Source: a virus
DNA: 64,000 nt
Direction: 5' to 3' (one strand)
Virus record (IMG/VR): IMGVR_UViG_3300031997_000006
Coordinates: 1-64,000 of that record
Part shown: one piece after another, positions 49,304-58,358 of the stretch
How the letters are laid out: every line of letters starts with the position of its first letter
Position numbering within the stretch: position 1 is the first letter of the stretch
Position numbers and translations under genes: made by a program
Notes under the pieces: model-generated
What the model was told of the DNA's origin: nothing
What the model saw: the letters and a program-made list of their open reading frames with translations, nothing else
The model's database searches: none

Positions 49304-49891
49304 ATGAATAGGTCTAACAAATTAATAGTGCGAGATATTGATGATATGATATCAACAAATTTAATAGTTCGACATAAAGGAGGGTCTCATGCTTACGGTA
49401 CAAATATTGAAACATCAGATATTGATATTCGTGGTATATTCTGTGCAGATGCAGTAAATATTTTAACTCCTTTTTATAAAGTTGAACATAAAGTTGAACA
49501 GAAAGTGGTATTAGATAAAGATATTGATATTACAATGTATGAGTTGTGTAGATTTGTAGAATTATACACTGCAGGAAATCCGAATATACTCGAGACACTC
49601 TGGATTGATCAAGTTGATATATTAGAAAGTACTACAGAGTACGGTATTTTAAGGGCTGTACGCCAAAATTTATTAAGTTCCAAAGTAGCTTTTACATTTA
49701 CAGGCTATGCCTCTGCCCAAGCATCAAAATTAAAATCTCGTAGTAAAAATGTAAGTTATGAAGAAGATTTACAGATGTTGATTAATATATTACAACAAGG
49801 ACTTCAAGATAAATTAATTGATTTAGAATTTATAGAACGTGAATGTGGAGATATAGTATTACAATATTTATTAAATAAAAAATTAATATAA
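49304..49891 (+). CDS. Pol-beta superfamily nucleotidyltransferase, N-fragment
   Basis: GSHAYG...SDIDIRGIF, YEL..F, GNPNILETLW, F.GYA..Q. Confidence 0.85.
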   Translation: MNRSNKLIVRDIDDMISTNLIVRHKGGSHAYGTNIETSDIDIRGIFCADAVNILTPFYKVEHKVEQKVVLDKDIDITMYELCRFVELYTAGNPNILETLWIDQVDILESTTEYGILRAVRQNLLSSKVAFTFTGYASAQASKLKSRSKNVSYEEDLQMLINILQQGLQDKLIDLEFIERECGDIVLQYLLNKKLI

Positions 49892-49910
49892 GAATATTAA
49901 AGGTATTTGC

Positions 49911-50942
49911 TTGGATGAATTAATTATAAAAATTAAACAACATTTAACACGAAAAGATGGTAGATTAAATAATCATAGAATAACAGGAAATATAAGTACT
50001 GAAAATGCACAATTAATATCAGAGTTGGTAGAATTGACAAATTTTTTAGACGATTCTGCATCTATACCACAAAGATGGTGGCATATTAAAAGTAATATAT
50101 TATATATACCTAGTTGTGAAAAGTGTGGAGCAAATACTAAATTTAAAGATAATAGGTATGACAGATATTGTTCCCATAATTGTGCAGTTACATCAATTGA
50201 AAATTCTATAAGAACAAGTAATGCATTTAAAGGTAAACTTGTTCCGCCTGAACGAGTATTGCGATCAAAAGAAACAAGAATAAAAAATGGATATTATAAA
50301 GATCGTGAATCAACAATTAAAAAATTTAGTCAATCAAAACAAGGTGCGAATAATCCATGTTATGGTAAACATCCTTGGAATTGGGGATTAAGAGGAGCAG
50401 AATGTCCTAATTATGGAACTAAAAAAGCAGAACATACTAAACGCTATGGAATAGATAATAACTTATTTGGAAAACCTGCACCGAAAAATGCAGGGCGAGG
50501 AGTGCATGGTAGATTTAATAATATACATTTTAGAAGTAGTTTAGAATTATGTTATTTAATATACTGGTATCGTAATAATATTGAAGTAGTATCTGCTGAA
50601 ACTAAAACATTTCGTGTACAATATTATGATCAATTTAATAATATTAGATCATATGTACCTGATTATTATATTCCTATTACAAATGAATTATATGAAATAA
50701 AACCAAAGTTTTTTCAAACTAATACACAAGTACAAGAAAAATTTAAAACACTTATTAAATACCATACAGATAAAATATGTAAGTTTGGAAGTGGATATGA
50801 ATTAATAGATACTATACAAGATATTATGTATAATATTTCACAATACATTGAAAATAATATATTAATAATATCAGAATCTCAACTTGAAAAACTAGAGAAA
50901 AATCGTAATGAAATCATTAGAACAATTATACATTCATTATAA
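49911..50942 (+). CDS. Homing endonuclease: zinc finger, NUMOD3-like repeats and TnsA-like PD-(D/E)xK domain
   Basis: CEKC..YCS..C; NPCYGK/NLFGK; FRSSLE..Y.PD..EIK. Confidence 0.75.
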   Translation: MDELIIKIKQHLTRKDGRLNNHRITGNISTENAQLISELVELTNFLDDSASIPQRWWHIKSNILYIPSCEKCGANTKFKDNRYDRYCSHNCAVTSIENSIRTSNAFKGKLVPPERVLRSKETRIKNGYYKDRESTIKKFSQSKQGANNPCYGKHPWNWGLRGAECPNYGTKKAEHTKRYGIDNNLFGKPAPKNAGRGVHGRFNNIHFRSSLELCYLIYWYRNNIEVVSAETKTFRVQYYDQFNNIRSYVPDYYIPITNELYEIKPKFFQTNTQVQEKFKTLIKYHTDKICKFGSGYELIDTIQDIMYNISQYIENNILIISESQLEKLEKNRNEIIRTIIHSL

Positions 50943-51612
50943 CAAACGAAAAAATTACCGTAGTACTACAAAATTATGCAAACCAAAAGAGATAGATTAT
51001 GTATCTCTAGTTCATAATTTTACAGATGCTAAAATTTTTAGTATTGATATTAAAGACTATCAACATGGATACAGATTAATACCGTATGGTGATGCTTTAT
51101 TTGGTTTGTATAAAGTTGATGGTTATGATACATTTGATGATCGTGGCTCATTAAATACAACTTTTGATCCTGAAACTGGATTTTTTACTGAAGATGATCA
51201 ACGTAGATTACCAATGTTTATTCTTAAGTTTGCTAAACAAGAATATAATCGTGTTCACACTGATTGGAAAAATTATTGGGAGTGGAAAATTAACAGAAAT
51301 GTAATTCGTGGTGCAATGGAAGAAACATTTGGTTATGACGGAAAGAACGCACTCCATTTAGTTCGCCTTATGAAAATGGGAGCTGAGATCTTAGAAACTG
51401 GTATTGTTAATGTTAAACGACCAGATGCTGCTGAATTATTAGCAATTCGGAATGGTTCGTGGTCTTATGAAGAGTTATTAGAATATTCTGAATATATGGA
51501 TAATAAAATTCGTAATGAATTGTATCATACAACATCGTTGCCTAAAGTTCCAAATATCAAATTGGCTGCAAAAACGATTTTAGAAGTTCAAGAATCAATG
51601 TGGCATAAATGA
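50908..51612 (+). CDS. Nucleotidyltransferase, C-fragment
   Basis: YW.W...RN..R..E..GYD.K...HLVRL..MG.E.L...RPDA.ELL.IR.G. Confidence 0.85.
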   Translation: MKSLEQLYIHYNKRKNYRSTTKLCKPKEIDYVSLVHNFTDAKIFSIDIKDYQHGYRLIPYGDALFGLYKVDGYDTFDDRGSLNTTFDPETGFFTEDDQRRLPMFILKFAKQEYNRVHTDWKNYWEWKINRNVIRGAMEETFGYDGKNALHLVRLMKMGAEILETGIVNVKRPDAAELLAIRNGSWSYEELLEYSEYMDNKIRNELYHTTSLPKVPNIKLAAKTILEVQESMWHK

Positions 51613-51613
51613 T

Positions 51614-52222
51614 ATGAAATTGAACACTATATTAATAGAAAATCCACAAATAATTCCAGGTTTAGATAAACTTGAAGATTTAGATATTTATAATGTCAAT
51701 AAAGCGTTATTTCAAACTCTTATACATCGAGCTCAGTTTATATATCATAAATTTAATGATACACATATAGTATATGTAGCAAACAATGAGTATTTTTGTT
51801 TGGATTATGATTTGAAAAAAATTTCATATTATATGAAATATGAAGTTGGTCAAACACCTATATTGGGAACATACTTATGGCAATCATTAATATGGCGTGC
51901 TAAACAAACTCCTTATATTAAGACACTACCCCACGATATATTTTTTAATACTTTATTACCAAAATATGGTACTATATGTACAGATGGACAACAAATTAAT
52001 GATGGTAGAGATTTCTGGGAATATCAAATAATATATGCTCTTAACAACAATATAAATGTATATTATCATAATATGCAAAATAAAGATTTAATTAAAATTA
52101 AAAATAATATGCATTTTCATAAATTAATAAGTCAGTATGACATATGGGGTGATACTTTACAATATCAAAAAAAACGTATGGTAATAACAAATCATATATT
52201 ACCACAAAGTAATATGAAGTAA
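51614..52222 (+). CDS. Putative head-packaged protein, GNAT-like
   Basis: MKLNTILIENP leader; I.TD..Q...G..FW resembles the GNAT C-terminal motif. Confidence 0.45.
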   Translation: MKLNTILIENPQIIPGLDKLEDLDIYNVNKALFQTLIHRAQFIYHKFNDTHIVYVANNEYFCLDYDLKKISYYMKYEVGQTPILGTYLWQSLIWRAKQTPYIKTLPHDIFFNTLLPKYGTICTDGQQINDGRDFWEYQIIYALNNNINVYYHNMQNKDLIKIKNNMHFHKLISQYDIWGDTLQYQKKRMVITNHILPQSNMK

Positions 52223-52280
52223 TAAATGATTTGAAGAGCGATTGAAAATAATGCAATTCAAATAATACTAGACTATTAAT

Positions 52281-52946
52281 ATGAACCTTAATAATGCAAG
52301 AAAACATTTTCCGTTAATAATTGAACAAGCTCACCGAAACTTTGATAATATCATTACAGAACACCCTGGTATGATTGAAGTAGTTGAAAACGCGGCTGTA
52401 GAGTTAGTTGATATTAAAATGGCTAGAGTATCTAAATTAATAATTTTGCGAAAAATTATAGATAAATTTAACGATATTATATATTCTTATACAGCTTGTA
52501 GTAAAGGATGCTCATCTTGTTGTTACATGGCAACATTAACATTTTCAATAGAAGTTGAAGAAATAGGAATACGTGTTGGGAAAAAACCAAAACCTTTTAA
52601 AGGTATATTTAAAAATATTGATGATGCAACATTAACTAAAGTACAAGATGAAATTCAAGGTATTCCATGTACATTTTTAAAAGATAATCAATGTTCTATT
52701 TATGATATAAGACCATTAGCTTGTAGATTACACCATAACTTATCTGAAGTATCATTTATGTGTGATACTTCACTTAAATCTGAAGATACCTGTATTCCAA
52801 AAATCGATTTCCCACAATTCACTTTTGCTATGGTAGTAATGCTCAGTGGTGATGGAAATAAAATGGGAGATATTAGAGAAGCATTTCCCACTTCTGCAAA
52901 ATCTATTTATCAAATAGGTGATAATCATGTTAATAACAAAATGTAG
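52281..52946 (+). CDS. YkgJ/CxxCxxCC Zn or Fe-S cluster protein
   Basis: CSKGCSSCC, CTFL..CSIY..RPLACR. Confidence 0.85.
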   Translation: MNLNNARKHFPLIIEQAHRNFDNIITEHPGMIEVVENAAVELVDIKMARVSKLIILRKIIDKFNDIIYSYTACSKGCSSCCYMATLTFSIEVEEIGIRVGKKPKPFKGIFKNIDDATLTKVQDEIQGIPCTFLKDNQCSIYDIRPLACRLHHNLSEVSFMCDTSLKSEDTCIPKIDFPQFTFAMVVMLSGDGNKMGDIREAFPTSAKSIYQIGDNHVNNKM

Positions 52947-53124
52947 TACATTGACAGGTAAAATACATCAGTGTGAAATTAATGTAACTGAAGAACAATT
53001 AACGGCTTGGCAAAGCGGTATGCTAATACAAGTTGCTATGCCTCAAGTTTCATCTGATGATAGAGAGTTTATTATAACTGGATCCACCTCCGAAGAATGG
53101 GATGAGATATTTGGTGGTAGTTAA
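52927..53124 (+). CDS. Small hypothetical phage protein
   Basis: G.LIQ.AMP..S...REF..TG...EEWD. Confidence 0.55.
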   Translation: MLITKCSTLTGKIHQCEINVTEEQLTAWQSGMLIQVAMPQVSSDDREFIITGSTSEEWDEIFGGS

Positions 53125-53138
53125 TAGTTGGTATTAAA

Positions 53139-53477
53139 ATGATAGATTTTAATCAATTTACACTAGATAAAAATATTAAAAATGATAATTGTTCTGGATT
53201 AATATTTAAAGCAGAAGTACAATCATTTATGGATAAAAGACATACATATGTTAATACCTATAAAATAGTATTATTGAGACGGAAATCTTGTAAATGTATT
53301 AATTGTCAAATACTATATGATTGTTATTTAGAATCATGTTCTAATGAATGTTGGCCTATATTACCTGATAATATAACTAATGGATTATTGTATACTTTGA
53401 ACATAATCAATGAACATAAAGATTGGGAAACAGGTAATGTAGATGATTATGATTTTACTTTTGTTGAATTACATTAA
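53139..53477 (+). CDS. Hypothetical protein
   Basis: L.RKSC.C..C, DWETG.VDD. Confidence 0.55.
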   Translation: MIDFNQFTLDKNIKNDNCSGLIFKAEVQSFMDKRHTYVNTYKIVLLRRKSCKCINCQILYDCYLESCSNECWPILPDNITNGLLYTLNIINEHKDWETGNVDDYDFTFVELH

Positions 53478-53503
53478 TAATATTTTTGATATAGATTATT
53501 AAC

Positions 53504-53953
53504 TCATAACATCGCTAATAATTGTTGTTTTATTTTCGGATCTGTATGTCTATGTAATAATTGAGAAGCAATATTCATAGCGCGAATTTTATAATTAACT
53601 TTACTATCTACTTGTTGTGATAATTTTGCAATATATTTTTGCATTTTAACTATATTTTTAGGATTACCATATACTTGCCCTGCAAGAGCCATCATGCTGT
53701 TTGCTAAGGTTGTGTGATTACCAATATTATTTAACACTCGTTGTACTATTGTACACACCATATCATAAGTTAGTGCTGCATTTAAAGTTGCAGCATCTTG
53801 TTTAATAATACTCCACATTACCATAACTTTTGCAACAGTATGTGCTCTATCTTCCGATATTGTTGCATTATTATTAATAATTGAACGTAAATCCGCTACA
53901 AGATTAGCACCAGATTCTGTTATTAAATTATTAACTTGTTGAATTAATTTCAT
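53504..53953 (-). CDS. Putative head internal protein
   Basis: MKLIQQVNNLITE leader. Confidence 0.55.
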   Translation of the reverse strand: MKLIQQVNNLITESGANLVADLRSIINNNATISEDRAHTVAKVMVMWSIIKQDAATLNAALTYDMVCTIVQRVLNNIGNHTTLANSMMALAGQVYGNPKNIVKMQKYIAKLSQQVDSKVNYKIRAMNIASQLLHRHTDPKIKQQLLAML

Positions 53954-54519
53954 TATATAACATTCTCCACATCAGTTGATGGGTGTGTCGAATATGTAGT
54001 CGATGAATGATGTATTTTATCAATTATATGAGTATATTGTTTTTTTAATTTATCAATAATATTTATTAATGCTTTAGGATTAGTTTTTACTAATTTTAAA
54101 TAGTGTGATTGTAACTCAATTCCTGATACTCCTTCATCATTTATCATTAAAGGTAATTTACGTAACAACTTAAGCTCAATTGGTTGTAACGGATCAACAC
54201 CTTCAACATCAAGCATCACACTTAAAAAATCACGAATAGAATTACTATCTATGGTTTTACGAGATTGTGGATATCTCAATAAATCAAGAGCTGCTAATAT
54301 GCCAAATCGATTACGAATATCATTATCGGTTATATCATTTTTAAACTTATGTTTGAGTACTGCACCTAACGTATATAAAAAACTAACAACAGTTTCACAT
54401 ACAAGTACATCGTTCTCCACTAACATATACATGCTATTACTATAAATAATATTAGCAACTTCTTGTAACTCACGTTGCTGATTATTTATAGTGTTGTGTA
54501 TCTCTTTAATCATAATCAC
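53953..54519 (-). CDS. Putative head internal protein, paralog of 54534-55163
   Basis: Shared LAALDL.RYPQ.RK.IDSNS.R. Confidence 0.6.
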   Translation of the reverse strand: MIMIKEIHNTINNQQRELQEVANIIYSNSMYMLVENDVLVCETVVSFLYTLGAVLKHKFKNDITDNDIRNRFGILAALDLLRYPQSRKTIDSNSIRDFLSVMLDVEGVDPLQPIELKLLRKLPLMINDEGVSGIELQSHYLKLVKTNPKALINIIDKLKKQYTHIIDKIHHSSTTYSTHPSTDVENVI

Positions 54520-54533
54520 AAACTGATCCTTAG

Positions 54534-55163
54534 TTAAGCAGGTTGCGGAGCTGGTATCGTATTCGGTGCAGTTGTTGGTTTATTTTGAGTAACCGGTTGT
54601 GGTGTAGCTACCGGTTTATTTTGGGTAGCTGGTTGTGGTGTAGTATTTACCGCTGTTTTTAATTTTCCAGTTATTTGACCATACTGAGATCTCAATTTAT
54701 TAATACTTGCTAATAGCATTTTAGGATTTGATTTAGCTAATTCTAAATACCCAGCTCGTATATCCATACCAGATTTACCTTCATCATTTTTCATATTTTC
54801 CAGGCTATTACATAATTTAACTTCAATTTGATTTAATGGAGTAGCAGTTTCAACTCCATTGATTATATTCAAATATGCACGGACTGAATTACTATCTATT
54901 ATTTTACGAGCTTGAGGGTATCTCATTAAATCAAGTGCAGCTAACACACTAAACATATTTCTAGTAGCATTATCATTAGGATCAAGTTCTTTACCTGCGT
55001 TTAATTTTGCAACCAAAGTACCTAAAAACCCTTCAGCGGATTCACATAACATAAGACTATTTTCTTCTAATATAATGCTATTGTGTTCTATAATATCAAT
55101 AACTTCTTGCAAAGTTTGTAAACTTTCATTAAGAGTTTTATTTATTTCTTTAATCATACTCAC
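54534..55163 (-). CDS. Putative head internal protein with Pro/Thr/Gln tail
   Basis: MSMIKEINKTLNE leader; TPQP.TQNKP repeats. Confidence 0.6.
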   Translation of the reverse strand: MSMIKEINKTLNESLQTLQEVIDIIEHNSIILEENSLMLCESAEGFLGTLVAKLNAGKELDPNDNATRNMFSVLAALDLMRYPQARKIIDSNSVRAYLNIINGVETATPLNQIEVKLCNSLENMKNDEGKSGMDIRAGYLELAKSNPKMLLASINKLRSQYGQITGKLKTAVNTTPQPATQNKPVATPQPVTQNKPTTAPNTIPAPQPA

Positions 55164-55214
55164 GTGAGTATCTCCTTTAATTTTATATATTAATATTTAT
55201 GTAATGCTATAGTA

Positions 55215-56357
55215 CTATAGTTTATTTTTTGCCTTAACAGCTTTAAACCTATTCATTAAATTACCACCAGGTGATGGATATAGATTAATAGATAAAAATT
55301 CCCACACCGATACTGGAATTTGGACTCGTGTAGCTGAATCAACTGTTTGAATTAATGTCATAGCCATTTTCATAGAATACTCACATCCAGTTTTTAAGTA
55401 CTCAAGTAATTCATTTAATATCAATAATGTGTGAACATCATTTGTTAGTTGATTGCTTACATTAGGTAAATGAGCAATGTATTTTACTTCATCTTCAATA
55501 TCTTTTATTTTAGCTTTAATATCTGATATAACAGCGGTAGGTACTTTAGTTGTTTCTTCTTTTACTTTATCCTCTTTTTTTGTCTCAGCTGCTTGTTTTT
55601 TAAGAAAATCTTCCATATATTCAACTTCAACTTCTTCATTTAATGTATTTTCAACTGATTCACCCATACTTTTTTGTAATATAGCTTCATCACCTTCTTC
55701 TTTTTCACGTTCATAATCAGATTTATAATCATCCAAATCATCATCAGGTATAAAATGATCACTAACTTCATCTTTATGTTGAGCTTTTTTTAAGTCTGTT
55801 AATATTTTTTCTAATTTTAATATTATTTTAGCCACTTCAACATCATTATGATCATGTTTATCTTTTCCCATATCAGCTGACTGGTGGTGAGCTAATTTAT
55901 GAGCTAATAACTCTAATGAATGTATATCTTTGCTTACTGCTCGATCATGAGGATCTTTTGCATATTCTAATAATGTATAACTTTCATTCACATCTGTATC
56001 GGGTTCAAAATATGACACAACAGTATACTGTTCATCGTTATTTGTAATTTTATGTACAATATTATTTTTAACTTGTTTATCAAGTGAAGCCCATTGAGTT
56101 TTAGCTTCTTTATAAGCTCCACCTTTAATATGACCTAAAATACTATCTAATTTATCAGTGATAGTTTTATATTCATGTTTAAGATTAATGGATTCAGCTT
56201 GATTATGTTCTTTATTATAATGCTTAATGGCAGCAATTAATACATGCTTAACAGTACCAATAGACTCTGAGTCTTTATGTATAGGTGTATTTTCCATTAT
56301 AATGGCAGGTGGAAGTGTTTTAACTCCAGCTAACTTTAATATTTCATTTGTGATCAT
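55215..56357 (-). CDS. Putative prohead core/scaffold-like protein
   Basis: Highly charged; ILKLAG; several (L/I/V)xE sites. Confidence 0.5.
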   Translation of the reverse strand: MITNEILKLAGVKTLPPAIIMENTPIHKDSESIGTVKHVLIAAIKHYNKEHNQAESINLKHEYKTITDKLDSILGHIKGGAYKEAKTQWASLDKQVKNNIVHKITNNDEQYTVVSYFEPDTDVNESYTLLEYAKDPHDRAVSKDIHSLELLAHKLAHHQSADMGKDKHDHNDVEVAKIILKLEKILTDLKKAQHKDEVSDHFIPDDDLDDYKSDYEREKEEGDEAILQKSMGESVENTLNEEVEVEYMEDFLKKQAAETKKEDKVKEETTKVPTAVISDIKAKIKDIEDEVKYIAHLPNVSNQLTNDVHTLLILNELLEYLKTGCEYSMKMAMTLIQTVDSATRVQIPVSVWEFLSINLYPSPGGNLMNRFKAVKAKNKL

Positions 56358-56487
56358 ATTATGGTACCTTTTTATTAATATGTGATATTAATATATTTAT
56401 GTATATTCAACATAAACAGCTATTATCATGGTTAATTTGTAAATAAATATAAATATATTTACGAACATACCAATTTGGAGTGTACAT

Positions 56488-56652
56488 ATGCCGAGCCATA
56501 GTTCAAAACAAAAAAAATTTATGACTGCAGTATGCAAAAATAAAAAATTTGCTAAAAAGGTGGGTGTACCACAATCTGTTGGTTGTGAATTTCACAACGC
56601 TGATAAATTAAAAGAATCAGTGTTAACATTCAAACAATTTTTAATCATCTAA
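56488..56652 (+). CDS. Small basic protein (54 aa, not in ORF track)
   Basis: MPSHSSKQKKFM...VPQSVG.EF..AD...TFKQFL; GGAG SD. Confidence 0.6.
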   Translation: MPSHSSKQKKFMTAVCKNKKFAKKVGVPQSVGCEFHNADKLKESVLTFKQFLII

Positions 56653-56665
56653 CGGAGCTAGATAA

Positions 56666-56803
56666 ATGAGTCTATTAAAAGAACTAAATGATATGATCAC
56701 AGAAACATCTGACGGTACAGTATCTTCCAGAACTAGAGCAGTTGTGTATCATGCTGATTATGAAAAACGTAAGAAAAAAAGAAAAGCTAAAAAGCAAAAT
56801 TAA
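56666..56803 (+). CDS. Small basic protein (45 aa, not in ORF track)
   Basis: MSLLKELNDMITE leader, KRKKKRK tail; GGAG SD. Confidence 0.55.
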   Translation: MSLLKELNDMITETSDGTVSSRTRAVVYHADYEKRKKKRKAKKQN

Positions 56804-56805
56804 AA

Positions 56806-57426
56806 ATGCTATTGCATGAATTATTAACAAAGCAAATAAAATCCTTACTTATAGCTCGAACTCCAGCGCATGAAAAAAATACAACGGAGTTTGAGTGGCT
56901 TGAAGGAGGAGGATATACTTTACCTAAAAAATGGGAAAAATTAGGACATGGTTCACAAGCATCTACTTTTTTACATACTAGAAGTAATACTGCAGTAAAA
57001 GTTCTATATGTTGAAGGTACTCAAGATCCCGCATACCAATTCTTAAGGTTATGTGTTCAACATCAAAATAATATACATTTCCCACAAATTTACGCATTTA
57101 AACAATATAAAACAAATGATCCTGATATTTCAAAAATAATACTCAATATGGAACGGTTGTATAAAATTACTGGTAGCAATATTAAAATTGTAGAAAAGTT
57201 ATTAAATACAAAAATAAATACACCAACATCTCTTAAAATTAACATGCAAGATGTTCAATTTAGAAAATCATTAATAGATCGTGCAAAGACTTTAGAACTT
57301 AAACAAGCATTGCGGTTAATTGAAATATTATTTAAACATTATAATCAAGATATGCATATGGGGAATGTTATGCTAAGATACACTGGTTCTGATTATGAAG
57401 TAGTGTTTATTGATCCAGTGAGCTAA
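56806..57426 (+). CDS. Protein kinase-like protein
   Basis: LGHGSQ, AVKV, MERL, DMHMGNVM, FIDP. Confidence 0.75.
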   Translation: MLLHELLTKQIKSLLIARTPAHEKNTTEFEWLEGGGYTLPKKWEKLGHGSQASTFLHTRSNTAVKVLYVEGTQDPAYQFLRLCVQHQNNIHFPQIYAFKQYKTNDPDISKIILNMERLYKITGSNIKIVEKLLNTKINTPTSLKINMQDVQFRKSLIDRAKTLELKQALRLIEILFKHYNQDMHMGNVMLRYTGSDYEVVFIDPVS

Positions 57427-57436
57427 TTTTATTATA

Positions 57437-57470
57437 CAAAAAAATAGTAGCCATTTTGACTACTACTCTA
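57437..57470. terminator. Terminator between convergent genes
   Basis: A-run, then TAGTAG/CTACTA hairpin. Confidence 0.5.
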
Positions 57471-57501
57471 AGTAAAAACCTGTGCGGGTTGTTAAATATA
57501 T

Positions 57502-57987
57502 TTAAATAGTTTCTATTCGTACCATACCAATGCCAGCAAGTTGTATTGCTTTTGCGGCACCTCGTGATAAATCAATAAGTCTACCTTTAATGTACGGTCC
57601 TCGATCATTTACAGTTACAATCACTGATTTATGATTTTTTAAATTTGTAACTCTTACTCGAGTTGGTAATGATAGTGTTCGATGAGCTGCTGTTAATCCA
57701 TTTGGATTAAAATGAGCGCCAGTGCTGGTTTGATTACCTGATTCACTACCATACCACGAAGCTAGTCCTATTGCGCGATACGACCCCGTAATTCCTTGTA
57801 CTATGTGTGTTTTCCATCCTTTGTGTTTTGTAGTTTTTTGTTTATGTGTTACTGTAACATTACCTACATGGTGTGTTGTTTTCAATTTATAAGTTTTTGC
57901 GTGTATTGTACTGTTCCACATTATTAATATTGATAATAATAACATGCGAACAAAGCCACGGCTTAAATGATTAAATATCATTTTCAT
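57502..57987 (-). CDS. rlpA: RlpA-like (DPBB) lytic transglycosylase with signal peptide
   Basis: GLASWYG, TAAHRTL, VRVTN, VNDRGP...IDLS. Confidence 0.9.
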   Translation of the reverse strand: MKMIFNHLSRGFVRMLLLSILIMWNSTIHAKTYKLKTTHHVGNVTVTHKQKTTKHKGWKTHIVQGITGSYRAIGLASWYGSESGNQTSTGAHFNPNGLTAAHRTLSLPTRVRVTNLKNHKSVIVTVNDRGPYIKGRLIDLSRGAAKAIQLAGIGMVRIETI

Positions 57988-58270
57988 TAGCTATACCTCC
58001 TTTGTGAGTGTTAGCGCTAATATGAGGTCAAAATTTGAACCTCATTGGTTGCGAGTGCACAGGACATAGTGTGGAGATTAACATCTCGGTCGTTCAATTA
58101 AGATCGTAACACTATTAAGTTGAACTAGAATATTATACAAACTATATTCACTTCAGGCGATGATTGAGTTGTTAATCACTCTTCTCACTTATATGCGCCC
58201 TGGTTCGTTCTGACCAATAATTTCTTTTCTAAATTAACCCTACAAGATGTTTTGCAGAACTAATCATTTT
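57988..58270 (-). ncRNA. Candidate structured leader RNA upstream of rlpA
   Basis: About 280 nt with no long ORF, higher GC and several hairpins, between ATAAATA (58271-77) and AGGAGG SD. Confidence 0.45.
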
Positions 58271-58358
58271 TATTTATCATTTTATAACCCCAAATTTCAC
58301 TGTTTAAGTGTATCTTAAGATTTAATTATCTTGACCATCATCTTCAAATAATAATAAA

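Noticed and set aside
49478-49508. 12-bp micro-duplication (KVEHKVEQKV) in the nucleotidyltransferase
   Set aside because: In-frame slippage in a probable loop, with no sign of function.
49740-50980. Group I intron explaining the split nucleotidyltransferase
   Set aside because: GAGATATAGT near 49848 resembles the S element, but I saw no matching R/P7 partner or paired core and almost no non-coding space. RT-PCR is still needed to exclude it fully.
57988-58270. tRNA or tmRNA
   Set aside because: No cloverleaf with a proper T-loop and acceptor stem could be built by eye.
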